DNA from: Candidatus Levyibacteriota bacterium | Lineage (GTDB): Bacteria; Patescibacteriota; Microgenomatia; Levybacterales; UBA12049 | NCBI GenBank assembly: GCA_963716145.1 | Contig: OY970292.1 | Coordinates: 12,104-76,103 of the forward strand | Length of the DNA: 64,000 bases | Reading direction: 5' to 3' | Part shown: positions 56,360 to 64,000 of the stretch, in pieces | How positions within the stretch are numbered: position 1 is the first letter of the stretch | Layout: the number at the start of each line of letters is the position of its first letter | Notes under the pieces: generated by a model | Told to the model about the DNA's origin: nothing | The model's input: the letters and a program-made list of their open reading frames with translations, nothing else | Databases searched by the model: none | Made by a program: the position numbers and the translations under genes

Positions 56360-57826
56360 ATGCTGTATGTAAAGACGTTATTTAAAAACAACGGCATATT
56401 GTCTTTATTATTAGTATTTTTTATTTGCCTGTGTTTTTTTACAGCTTATTCACTTCTCTCAATCGTTCGTCATGATAATTACCAATCATATGGATATGAC
56501 CTGGGTATAAATGACCAAACTGTGTGGAGATACTCTCATTTTCAGGCACCGGTTACAACAATTGATCCTTTTCCTGACAAAACAAAATTAGTAGAACATG
56601 TAGAAGTGATATACGCCCTAATCTCACCGTTCTATTGGATTTGGGAAAGCCGTAAGATGCTCCTTGTTCTGGAGCCTGCTTTTTTCTGTACATCCGGAAT
56701 TTTTGTTTATTTACTTGCCCGAAAAAAGAAGCTGTCATTTATAATTGGCATAGCTTTACTTATTGGCTATCTGGGATTTTACGGAGCGCAAAATGCTATC
56801 TGGACAGATGTGCATAGTGCCAGTTTTGCAGCAGCCTTTCTGATGGGATTTATTTACTTTCTTGAAACCAAAAAGAAAGTACCCTCCGTTATATTTTTCC
56901 TCTTGGCAATAACCGCAAAAGAAAATATCGGGCTTCTGGCATTTCTTATCGCTTTTCTTTTTTTCCTGAGGGAGCGCACAAAATTTCTTGCATATTTAAT
57001 GGGAATATCCATCGCTTACGTCTGCTTTATTTTCTTTATTTATTTTCCGCATATTATTCACTTTAAATATCTCTACCAAAATAGTGGTGGCTTGTTCTCC
57101 AACCTCAATCCATTGAGCTTTGCTGATACGGCTGAGAAAAGACAGGTAATCTGGTATTCATTATTATCGTATGGCTTCCTGCCATTATTTTCACCGCTAT
57201 ACCTTATCCCCTCAATCGGAGATCTGGCAACATATAATGTATTAGCCAATCAACTCCCCGGAGCGCAGGGACTTTTTGGACAATACAGAATTACTCTAAC
57301 ACCACTTCTTACCTGGGCGACAATGACCACTCTGGTGCGTTATAAATGGCTTAATAAGTGGCAGATTGGAGCCTATCTTATACTTTGTACGCTTCTTGTT
57401 CAGTATCTTTTGCACCTGCCTCTCAGCTATTTGACAAAGCTTTCATTTTGGCAGGAGCCCTCAGGCGTAAAAAATATTACAAAAGTAATCAGAAATTATC
57501 TACCGAGAAATGCATCAGTTGTCGCGCAAAATAATATAGTTCCGCACATTAGCCATAGGGATAAAATTTACTCTCTTTATCCTGAAATGAAGCATTTTAC
57601 AATTAATTCTCCCTGTGGAAAGGCTGATTGCGACTGGTTCCGCTGGTATGGTAACCCTGAATATCTCTTTGTTGATACTTCAGCTGAGTGGGATGCGAGG
57701 CACTTGCTGATAGACCGGGATAAATTTATAAAGGGGATTGAGAATATAGAAAAAGCAGGAGTTGTTAAAAAGTACAAGCAGGAGGGTAGTGCGGTTCTAT
57801 ATAAAGTTCTGAACAAAACGTTGTAA
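56360..57826 (+). CDS. DUF2079-family polytopic membrane protein (putative GT-C-like glycosyltransferase)
   Basis: RHDNYQSYGYDLGINDQTVW is the N-terminal signature of DUF2079. About 12 TM plus a C-terminal soluble domain. Confidence 0.55.
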   Translation: MLYVKTLFKNNGILSLLLVFFICLCFFTAYSLLSIVRHDNYQSYGYDLGINDQTVWRYSHFQAPVTTIDPFPDKTKLVEHVEVIYALISPFYWIWESRKMLLVLEPAFFCTSGIFVYLLARKKKLSFIIGIALLIGYLGFYGAQNAIWTDVHSASFAAAFLMGFIYFLETKKKVPSVIFFLLAITAKENIGLLAFLIAFLFFLRERTKFLAYLMGISIAYVCFIFFIYFPHIIHFKYLYQNSGGLFSNLNPLSFADTAEKRQVIWYSLLSYGFLPLFSPLYLIPSIGDLATYNVLANQLPGAQGLFGQYRITLTPLLTWATMTTLVRYKWLNKWQIGAYLILCTLLVQYLLHLPLSYLTKLSFWQEPSGVKNITKVIRNYLPRNASVVAQNNIVPHISHRDKIYSLYPEMKHFTINSPCGKADCDWFRWYGNPEYLFVDTSAEWDARHLLIDRDKFIKGIENIEKAGVVKKYKQEGSAVLYKVLNKTL

Positions 57827-57881
57827 TCTATATCAGCAAAATTAACTGAACCAATGGTCAATTTAAATACCATGAGAATTG

Positions 57882-57953
57882 TGACCCATGAGAGAATCGA
57901 ACTCTCCTTAGCAGAATGAGAATCTGCTGTCCTAGCCGATAGACGAATGGGCC
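57882..57953 (-). tRNA. tRNA-Glu (anticodon CTC). CCA is not encoded.
   Basis: Manual fold on the minus strand: GGCCCAT-TC-GTCT-ATCGGCTA-GGAC-A-GCAGA-TTCTCAT-TCTGC-TAAG-GAGAG-TTCGATT-CTCTC-ATGGGTC-A. Confidence 0.75.
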
Positions 57954-58007
57954 GTTAAGAGTTTTATTTTACCTCATTATATCCTCCAAGGCAATCGAAA
58001 TTCGTGC

Positions 58008-58036
58008 TTGAATGACTATGAGATATTGCTTATAAT
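58008..58036 (+). promoter_or_regulatory. Consensus sigma70 promoter (TTGAAT-17-TATAAT) with a leaderless start
   Basis: The -10 ends 6 nt before the ATG at 58043. Confidence 0.4.
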
Positions 58037-58042
58037 CATTTT

Positions 58043-59173
58043 ATGTCAATAGAACAAGGTTCACCCACAAGCGTAGACATCCCTAGAGCTCCGGAGAGGC
58101 CTGATGGCGGAATATTTGGCAATCTTTTTGTAACCGATCATCCGGATAATCCGGCCGAAAGCAAGGATAAATTGGTAGAGCTGTATAGCGGTCTTAGGGA
58201 TACGCGGATCAAATCTGTCCGTTATGATTGGCGCTGGAATAAGATTCAGCCGGGAAATGTGAGATGGAATGAGCCCCAGCTGAAGCATTATCAAACAGCA
58301 AGAGAAGCAATGAATGAGGCAGGACTGGATGCTCCCACAATTATTCTTTCAAGTCCGCCGGAATGGGCAGTTGAGATGTATAAAAGGGGAGATAAGGAAG
58401 GATTCAATGCTGCATATAGAGCTTATGTTACAGCAGTTAAGGACACCCTTGATAAAGGAGGTGGAAAGCCTATTGAGAGAGTGCAGGTATTAAACGAATT
58501 AAATAACAAAGTCTATAATCCTATCGCTACGGAAGACATTCCTGAGTTATGCGATATAACACGGGATGTCTTCGGAGCTGACGTAAAGCTGGTCGCGACA
58601 GTGCTCGCGACAAACCTGCATGACAATAAGGCGGGAAGACAAATTGGCCAGCCAATCGGAGATTACCTGGATCAGCATGGAGAAGTGCTCAGGAATAATT
58701 TTGATGTAATTGGGGTTGACTACTATCCTGCTACATGGCATCTGCCCATCGGAGAGGCAGTAAAAGAAACATGGACCAGAAGAAGAGAGCAAATGCCGGA
58801 AACAAATAAATTCTTTCGTTCAATGGCGGGTAATATGACTTTACTAAGAAGTGTATATGACAAAATTTCAGAATGGGGGGTTGATTACGAACTTGGAGAA
58901 GTGGGCCGTCCGTCCAAGGCAATTTTGGGTGGGGAAAAATATCAAGCACTGTTTTTTGAGGCGTTTTTTGATGGATATGAGGAAATGCATGCGGATATGG
59001 AAAGGAACGGGAAGAAGCTTCCCTCGGGAGTTGATCTATATATGCTCAGGGATGAGCCGGCCCGTACTGCTTTGAGGCATGTTCCGGGCTTGAGGGAGCA
59101 AAAATGGGGACTATTTACCAGTGCGGGAGAGCCAAAAGATTCTGTGGCTTTATTTCAAAGAGATAGTCAATAA
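58043..59173 (+). CDS. Putative clan GH-A (GH5-like) glycoside hydrolase, cytoplasmic, GC-richer than its surroundings
   Basis: QVLNELN (NEx acid/base) and DYELGEVG (nucleophile Glu) in a TIM-barrel-like pattern. No signal peptide. Confidence 0.35.
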   Translation: MSIEQGSPTSVDIPRAPERPDGGIFGNLFVTDHPDNPAESKDKLVELYSGLRDTRIKSVRYDWRWNKIQPGNVRWNEPQLKHYQTAREAMNEAGLDAPTIILSSPPEWAVEMYKRGDKEGFNAAYRAYVTAVKDTLDKGGGKPIERVQVLNELNNKVYNPIATEDIPELCDITRDVFGADVKLVATVLATNLHDNKAGRQIGQPIGDYLDQHGEVLRNNFDVIGVDYYPATWHLPIGEAVKETWTRRREQMPETNKFFRSMAGNMTLLRSVYDKISEWGVDYELGEVGRPSKAILGGEKYQALFFEAFFDGYEEMHADMERNGKKLPSGVDLYMLRDEPARTALRHVPGLREQKWGLFTSAGEPKDSVALFQRDSQ

Positions 59174-59217
59174 TCCTACTGTTTGTCCGGCATTTTGTTA
59201 TCTAGTATAATAATCAT

Positions 59218-59976
59218 GTGAGCAATGTTTTTCTCTCCGTTGTTATCCCTTGCTTTGACGAAATGGCAAATCTGCAAAAGGGTGTTCTGGATCACGTCTC
59301 GCGTTTTTTGGATGAAAAAGATTTTTCCTACGAAGTAATCATAGTTGATGACGGATCGACTGACGGAAGCATGGAATTTATCGAAAAGTATATAAAAAGA
59401 AACGTCAAAATTTCTCTTACCAAAAATCCCCATTATGGAAAAGCCGGAGCCGTAACAACCGGTATGCTTGAATCTCATGGACGCTACCGCCTTTTTACCG
59501 ACATGGATCAGGCGACCCCGATTGAGGAGCTAGATAAATTACTACCATTTCTTCAAACTGGAGAATATGATATCGCAATCGGTTCCAGAAAAGACAAAAG
59601 AAAAGGTGCGCCCGCAATCAGGTTATTTGTCTCAAGAAGCGCAATAGTTCTACGAAAGTACGCGATCGGTATTAAGGAAATCTCAGATACTCAGTGCGGC
59701 TTCAAACTTTTTACAAATGAAGCAGCAGACACACTTTTTACTAAATACAAAAAGTTTAATAATAATTTTACTGAAATAACCGGTGCAGCAGTGACATTCG
59801 GTTCTGATATAGAAATATTGTATATGGCGCAAAAAATGGGCTATAAGATAAAAGAAGTTCCGGTTAACTGGCTTTTTGTTGAGTCGCGAAGAGTGAGCCC
59901 GATTAAAGATTCGATACAAGGCGTAATAGATCTGGTCAAAATTAAAAAGAACGCAATGGCGGGAAAGTACGATTAA
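59218..59976 (+). CDS. GT2 polyprenyl-phosphate glycosyltransferase (Dpm1/ArnC/GtrB-like)
   Basis: VVIPCFDE...IIVDDGSTDGS...DMD...GSR are the GT2 DXD and catalytic motifs. 252 aa with no TM, typical of soluble CPR Dpm1-like enzymes. Confidence 0.75.
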   Translation: MSNVFLSVVIPCFDEMANLQKGVLDHVSRFLDEKDFSYEVIIVDDGSTDGSMEFIEKYIKRNVKISLTKNPHYGKAGAVTTGMLESHGRYRLFTDMDQATPIEELDKLLPFLQTGEYDIAIGSRKDKRKGAPAIRLFVSRSAIVLRKYAIGIKEISDTQCGFKLFTNEAADTLFTKYKKFNNNFTEITGAAVTFGSDIEILYMAQKMGYKIKEVPVNWLFVESRRVSPIKDSIQGVIDLVKIKKNAMAGKYD

Positions 59977-60003
59977 AATTTCAAATATCCAATATCAAAT
60001 TTC
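59976..60003. repeat. Heptamer-periodic repeat (AAATTTC/AAATATC) immediately 5' of and overlapping the 60006 start codon
   Basis: aaatttc aaatatc caatatc aaatttc aaATGac. The cca internal repeat ends in the identical tttcaaatgac. Confidence 0.45.
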
Positions 60004-60005
60004 AA

Positions 60006-61220
60006 ATGACAAAAAGTTTTAAATTGAACATTTCAATAGGGATATATTTTGTTGTTATTTTTTTCCTATTTCTATATTCTTTTACGCAAATAGATTTAAG
60101 TCTTACATTTTCAAGGATCACGGTTTTGCGAAATCTAGTAACCTCTTTTCAGCAAATAGGTTACTTCAATCGTCCGCTTTCAATGTATATTTACATAGGT
60201 CTTCTTATTTTGCTATATGGTTTTTATTTTTATTTCCTCAAACTATCGCTTGAGAAAAAGATTAGCAAAAAAACTGTTTGGAAAATATTGATAGCTTCTT
60301 CTGCGATTTTGGTCTTTTCCTATAATGCTTTTTCTTACGATTTATTCAATTATATTTTTGACGCCAAGATATTTACTCACTATCATTTAAATCCTTATGT
60401 TCATAAAGCGCTGGATTTTCCCGGAGATCCAATGCTTTCTTTTATGCGCTGGACTCATAGAGTCTATCCTTATGGTCCTATTTGGCTTCTTCTGACAGTC
60501 CCATTATCTTTTATTGGTTTTAATTTTTTTCTTCCCACCTTTTTTATGTTTAAAATTTTGATGGCAGCCAGTTTTCTTGGAAGCTTGTGTTTTATCGGGA
60601 AAATTCTGCAAAAAACAACGCCCAATAAAGAAATTTTTGGTTTAGTCTTTTTCGGATTAAATCCATTGGTAATTATCGAATCTTTGGTCAGCGGGCATCT
60701 GGATATCGTGATGGTTTTCTTTGCCCTCTGGGCAACTCATAAATTAGTAGAAAAAAAATACGCGTTACCATTTTTGTTATTAGCTCTTTCAACTGGGATT
60801 AAGTTCGGGACAATTTTTCTGCTTCCTATTTTCATCTATATTTTATTTTTGCAAAAGAAGAAAAAATCAGTTGATTGGGATTTGATTTTCAAGACTTGCA
60901 CCATAGCAATGGTTATTACTGTTTTTCTATCATCAACTTACAGCGGTAATTTTCAACCTTGGTATCTTGTTTTACCTTTAGCTTTTGCAGTGTTTATATC
61001 CAGACGATATTACATTTTCATTCCTTGCATTATTATTTCATTTTTTGCTTTGCTCATGTATCTACCTTTCTTATATCTCGGAAATTGGGATAAGCCTGTG
61101 CCGCAGATTCTGTGGAATTTACAGATTAGTTCAATGATATTATCATTTATTGCAGTTTTGGTTTATTATTTAAACCTAAGCCATCCATTCGACAAGCTCA
61201 GGACGCGAAAGCACAAATAA
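60006..61220 (+). CDS. Polytopic membrane protein, putative GT-C glycosyltransferase (DUF2029/GT87-like)
   Basis: About 11 TM. Its 3' end (codons for HPFDKLRTRKHK) is formed by a copy of the 16511 repeat element. Confidence 0.4.
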   Translation: MTKSFKLNISIGIYFVVIFFLFLYSFTQIDLSLTFSRITVLRNLVTSFQQIGYFNRPLSMYIYIGLLILLYGFYFYFLKLSLEKKISKKTVWKILIASSAILVFSYNAFSYDLFNYIFDAKIFTHYHLNPYVHKALDFPGDPMLSFMRWTHRVYPYGPIWLLLTVPLSFIGFNFFLPTFFMFKILMAASFLGSLCFIGKILQKTTPNKEIFGLVFFGLNPLVIIESLVSGHLDIVMVFFALWATHKLVEKKYALPFLLLALSTGIKFGTIFLLPIFIYILFLQKKKKSVDWDLIFKTCTIAMVITVFLSSTYSGNFQPWYLVLPLAFAVFISRRYYIFIPCIIISFFALLMYLPFLYLGNWDKPVPQILWNLQISSMILSFIAVLVYYLNLSHPFDKLRTRKHK

Positions 61221-61250
61221 AACGCATATATTATTGTATAATACAGCTGC

Positions 61251-61631
61251 ATGAATTTTATTAAAAAGTATTCATTTTTCATTTTCTTGATTGGAATTAT
61301 TGTACTCTACCTTTTCACGCGTCTTTCTAGTATTTTGTCTCTTCCGATCTTTACAGATGAAGCTATCTATGTCCGCTGGTCGCAAATAGCAAGCAATGAT
61401 GCTAACTGGCGCTTTATCTCACTAACTGATGGCAAGCAGCCTATGTTTGTCTGGATTGCGATGATACTTCTAAAATTTATTAAAGAGCCTCTGCTTGCGG
61501 GAAGACTGGTATCAGTTGGAGCAGGATTTGCATCATTAGTTGGCATATTTTTTCTGACGAGTGAGATCTTTAACCCTTCGGCCCACTCAGGGCAAGAAAG
61601 CTCGGTATTCTGGCGAGTTCGCTCTACGTAA
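61251..61631 (+). CDS. ArnT/PMT-like (GT39/GT83) glycosyltransferase, N-terminal part (frame-shifted)
   Basis: IFTDEAIYVRW...DGKQPMFVW is the canonical GT-C N-terminal DE motif region. The frame breaks at a CCC run near 61571. Confidence 0.6.
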   Translation: MNFIKKYSFFIFLIGIIVLYLFTRLSSILSLPIFTDEAIYVRWSQIASNDANWRFISLTDGKQPMFVWIAMILLKFIKEPLLAGRLVSVGAGFASLVGIFFLTSEIFNPSAHSGQESSVFWRVRST

Positions 61632-61687
61632 TTTTTCCTTTCGCGCTGGTTTATGACAGGCTCGCGTTATATGATTCACTTGTTGCG

Positions 61688-62782
61688 ATGTTTATGATAT
61701 GGGCATTGTACTTTGAAATCCGTTTGGCCAGAAAACCACACCTGGATCTTGCCATGATTCTTGGGATGATCATGGGCGCCGGGATGTTAACAAAGACCAG
61801 TAACAATTTTGCGTTCATACTGCTGCCTTTCTCGTTACTATTATTTAATTTCAAAGATAAGAAATGGAAGCATAACCTAAAGAGTTGGATAATTTTCGCA
61901 GCAGTGTCCATAATTATTTCCCAAGTGATGTATGCAATACTGAGACTCTCGCCGTTTTTTCATATAATTGGTGAAAAAAATCTGACTTTTATATATTCAT
62001 TCAAGGAAATATTACAAGACCCCTTTAGTCATCTGCTGGGAAACTTAAAAGGTCTATTGACCTGGCTCGTTGAGTATGTAACAGCGCCATTTATTATTCT
62101 GGTTATTTCTTCATTTTTGATTGGTAAAAAATATTTCAATGAAAAACTTCTGCTTCTGATCTGGTTTCTGGCTCCATTTACGGCTCTTGCGCTTTTTGGG
62201 AAAGTAATCTATCCGCGATTTATTTTTTTTATGACAATGCCTCTTCTCGTAATGGGATCATACGCGCTCTACAACATGTATAATCTATCAAAAAAAACTT
62301 ATCTAAAAGCATTGGTTATTTTAGTTTTTCTTGGGACATTCATATTGAATGATTTTTTAATACTTACCAATTTTGCAAAAGCTCCGATTCCTCAATCTGA
62401 CAAAAGTCAGTTGTTAGAAAGTTGGCCTTCCGGGGTTGGCGTAAAAGAAACGGTTAATTTTTTGCAGCAAAAGTCGAAAGAAGGGAAAATTTATGTAGGG
62501 ACTGAGGGAACCTTTGGGCTGATGCCTTATTCCCTGGAGATTTATTTAAAAGATAATAAAAATATCACCACAAAAGGTTTTTGGCCGATTAACGATACTC
62601 CACCAAAAGAAGCTGTGGAATCAGCGAAGGAAATACCAACATATTTTGTATTTTATCAACCATGTCCATCTTGCCCTACAACAGGTATTGCACCAAAACC
62701 ATGGCCGGTAAAGCAAATTTTTCAGATCCCAAAACCTGAAAAAGACAGTTATTACACACTGTATCAACTAAATCCACAATGA
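61688..62782 (+). CDS. ArnT/PMT-like glycosyltransferase, continuation of 61251 in frame 2
   Basis: Frame 2 is open from 61574 (PFGPLRARKLGILASSLYVIF...) and continues the TM topology. The C-terminal soluble domain follows. Confidence 0.6.
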   Translation: MFMIWALYFEIRLARKPHLDLAMILGMIMGAGMLTKTSNNFAFILLPFSLLLFNFKDKKWKHNLKSWIIFAAVSIIISQVMYAILRLSPFFHIIGEKNLTFIYSFKEILQDPFSHLLGNLKGLLTWLVEYVTAPFIILVISSFLIGKKYFNEKLLLLIWFLAPFTALALFGKVIYPRFIFFMTMPLLVMGSYALYNMYNLSKKTYLKALVILVFLGTFILNDFLILTNFAKAPIPQSDKSQLLESWPSGVGVKETVNFLQQKSKEGKIYVGTEGTFGLMPYSLEIYLKDNKNITTKGFWPINDTPPKEAVESAKEIPTYFVFYQPCPSCPTTGIAPKPWPVKQIFQIPKPEKDSYYTLYQLNPQ

Positions 62783-64000
62783 TTAAAAAATTATTTGTAA
62801 CCCAAAAAATTTATATATTACTTTTAGTATTAATTTTTTTCCTGGCACTTTTTTTAAGATTTTATAAACTGTCGGAATTTCCAGTTGGTTTTCATATCGA
62901 CGAGGCAAGTCTTGGATATAACGCCTATTCCTTGCTATTGACTGGTAAAGACGATAATGGACAGACGCTGCCTTTGTATATTGATATGTTCGGCGATTAT
63001 CGTCCATCCGGGTATCATTTCCTTACTATACTTCCGGTCGCATTTTTTGGCCTTACTGTATTTGCAACAAGATTTACGGGTGCGCTTTTTGGAGCTCTTA
63101 CTATCTTCCCGATTTATTTTTTTGCTTACTTAATATTTAAAGATAAGAGGGTTGCGGTGTTGACAGCTTTTATACTGAGCATTGCTCCGTGGCATGTCGG
63201 GCTCTCAAGGGCCAGCGATGAGGCGATTGTGGCTTTATTCCTTATCCTTTCCGGCTTTCCATTGATAGTAAAAGGGATTATGGAGAAGAAAATAAAACAT
63301 GTTATCATTGGATCGGTAATTTCAGTTGTTAGTTTCTTTTTTTACCATACACCGCGTGTGTTTGTGCCACTGCTATTTTTATCATTCATTTTAGCACTAT
63401 GGAATTTTTGGTTTAAAAAGACAGCTTATAAATTTAAAACCGCGGTAATGCTCTGTTTTGTACTCGTCTCAATAATTGCGTTATCACTTGTTTATGTAAT
63501 TAAAGGAGGTACCGGCAGATTCAATCAAGTAAACATATTTTCGCATCCGGAAACTAAATTAGTAATGGAAGAGCAAATCAGGGAAGATGGATCAAGCGGA
63601 AATCGTCCTCTAATTACTCGTTTTTTTCATAACAAGCCTGTTAATTTTGGATTGACGTTCATAAGTAACTACGCAACTTACTTTGACGGTAGCTTTCTTT
63701 TTATAAAAGGAGGTTTACCAATTTGGTATAAGGTCCCCGGTATTGGACTTATTTATTTGGTGGAACTGCCTTTTATCTTGGTTGGATTATTTTATATATT
63801 AAAAGAAAAGAACCAAATTTATAAATTGCCGGTGGTTTGGCTTTTTGTGGCACCAATAGTTGCATCTTTAACAGTTGATGATGTTCCAAATGTAAATCGG
63901 GCAATTGTAATGTTTCCAATGCTTGATTTGATCGCGGCTTTTGGATTTATCTGTTTTTTAAATCATATTAGCAAAAAATATAAATATATAGCAGTTACGA
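62779..64000 (+). CDS. ArnT/PMT-like (GT39/GT83) glycosyltransferase, 3'-truncated by the window edge
   Basis: The ATG at 62779 overlaps the previous stop (ATGA). FHIDEASLGYNAYS...GYHFLT...APWHVGLSRASDEA is the family N-terminus. No stop before the window end. Confidence 0.6.
   Translation, partial: MIKKLFVTQKIYILLLVLIFFLALFLRFYKLSEFPVGFHIDEASLGYNAYSLLLTGKDDNGQTLPLYIDMFGDYRPSGYHFLTILPVAFFGLTVFATRFTGALFGALTIFPIYFFAYLIFKDKRVAVLTAFILSIAPWHVGLSRASDEAIVALFLILSGFPLIVKGIMEKKIKHVIIGSVISVVSFFFYHTPRVFVPLLFLSFILALWNFWFKKTAYKFKTAVMLCFVLVSIIALSLVYVIKGGTGRFNQVNIFSHPETKLVMEEQIREDGSSGNRPLITRFFHNKPVNFGLTFISNYATYFDGSFLFIKGGLPIWYKVPGIGLIYLVELPFILVGLFYILKEKNQIYKLPVVWLFVAPIVASLTVDDVPNVNRAIVMFPMLDLIAAFGFICFLNHISKKYKYIAVT

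Noticed and set aside
62783-63007. Minus-strand 74-aa ORF at 62783-63007
   Set aside because: It lies antisense within the N-terminus of the ArnT-like gene starting at 62779. The plus-strand frame carries the conserved GT-C motifs.

Overview
This 64-kb window is AT-rich (roughly 35-40% GC by eye) and densely coding. The gene content looks like a Candidate Phyla Radiation (CPR)/Patescibacteria genome, plausibly Microgenomates-like, on the following grounds. It has DUF4446 and DUF3048 proteins. It has an archaeal-type AspRS. SecD and SecF are separate genes. Weak Shine-Dalgarno use and many leaderless starts sit directly behind good -10 boxes. It has a small free-standing GIY-YIG ORF beside a tRNA. 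There are many GT-C membrane glycosyltransferases and dockerin/PG-binding surface proteins.

Housekeeping genes recognised: secD, secF, purA, aspS (archaeal type), gltX, truB, purU, greA, recJ, cca, lon, a GatB/YqeY protein, an orphan response regulator, a DUF4118 histidine kinase, mntH (Nramp), a Kef-type antiporter, a CaCA exchanger, dacA-like and class-A beta-lactamase-like serine hydrolases, Amidase_2, PAP2, dgkA and a metF-like gene. There are two tRNAs, Gln-CTG and Glu-CTC. No rRNA or CRISPR array was found.

Eight things stand out:
- A tRNA-Gln locus carries a GIY-YIG cassette flanked by a duplicated tRNA 5' half that is interrupted by a 39-nt palindrome.
- A family of nested-hairpin repeat elements (TTCGA..CTCAG..CTGAG..TCGAA) occupies the 5' leaders of purU and the DUF1801 gene. 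Further copies are intergenic at 16.5 kb and inside a CDS 3' end.
- Heptanucleotide-periodic repeats of the TCAAANN/TTTGAAA family occur as intergenic palindromic arrays and as tandem heptamers embedded in recJ and cca. This gives potential 7-nt slippage.
- An Avd/23S-IVS-type four-helix-bundle gene sits downstream of a secreted PG-binding Cys-rich dockerin protein. No reverse transcriptase or template repeat was found, so there is no complete DGR.
- A membrane sensor-HAMP-OtsA (GT20) fusion sits next to a histidine kinase, a GT4, a 2H phosphoesterase and a DUF2079 protein.
- A Dpm1-like GT2 is followed by three tandem GT-C (ArnT/PMT-like) paralogs. Another GT-C lies at the start of the window.
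- At least six genes are split by single frameshifts, several at homopolymers. These could be assembly indels or real pseudogenes.
- Several GC-richer, leaderless-promoter genes (metF-like, ferritin-like, GH5-like, two orphans) look horizontally acquired.
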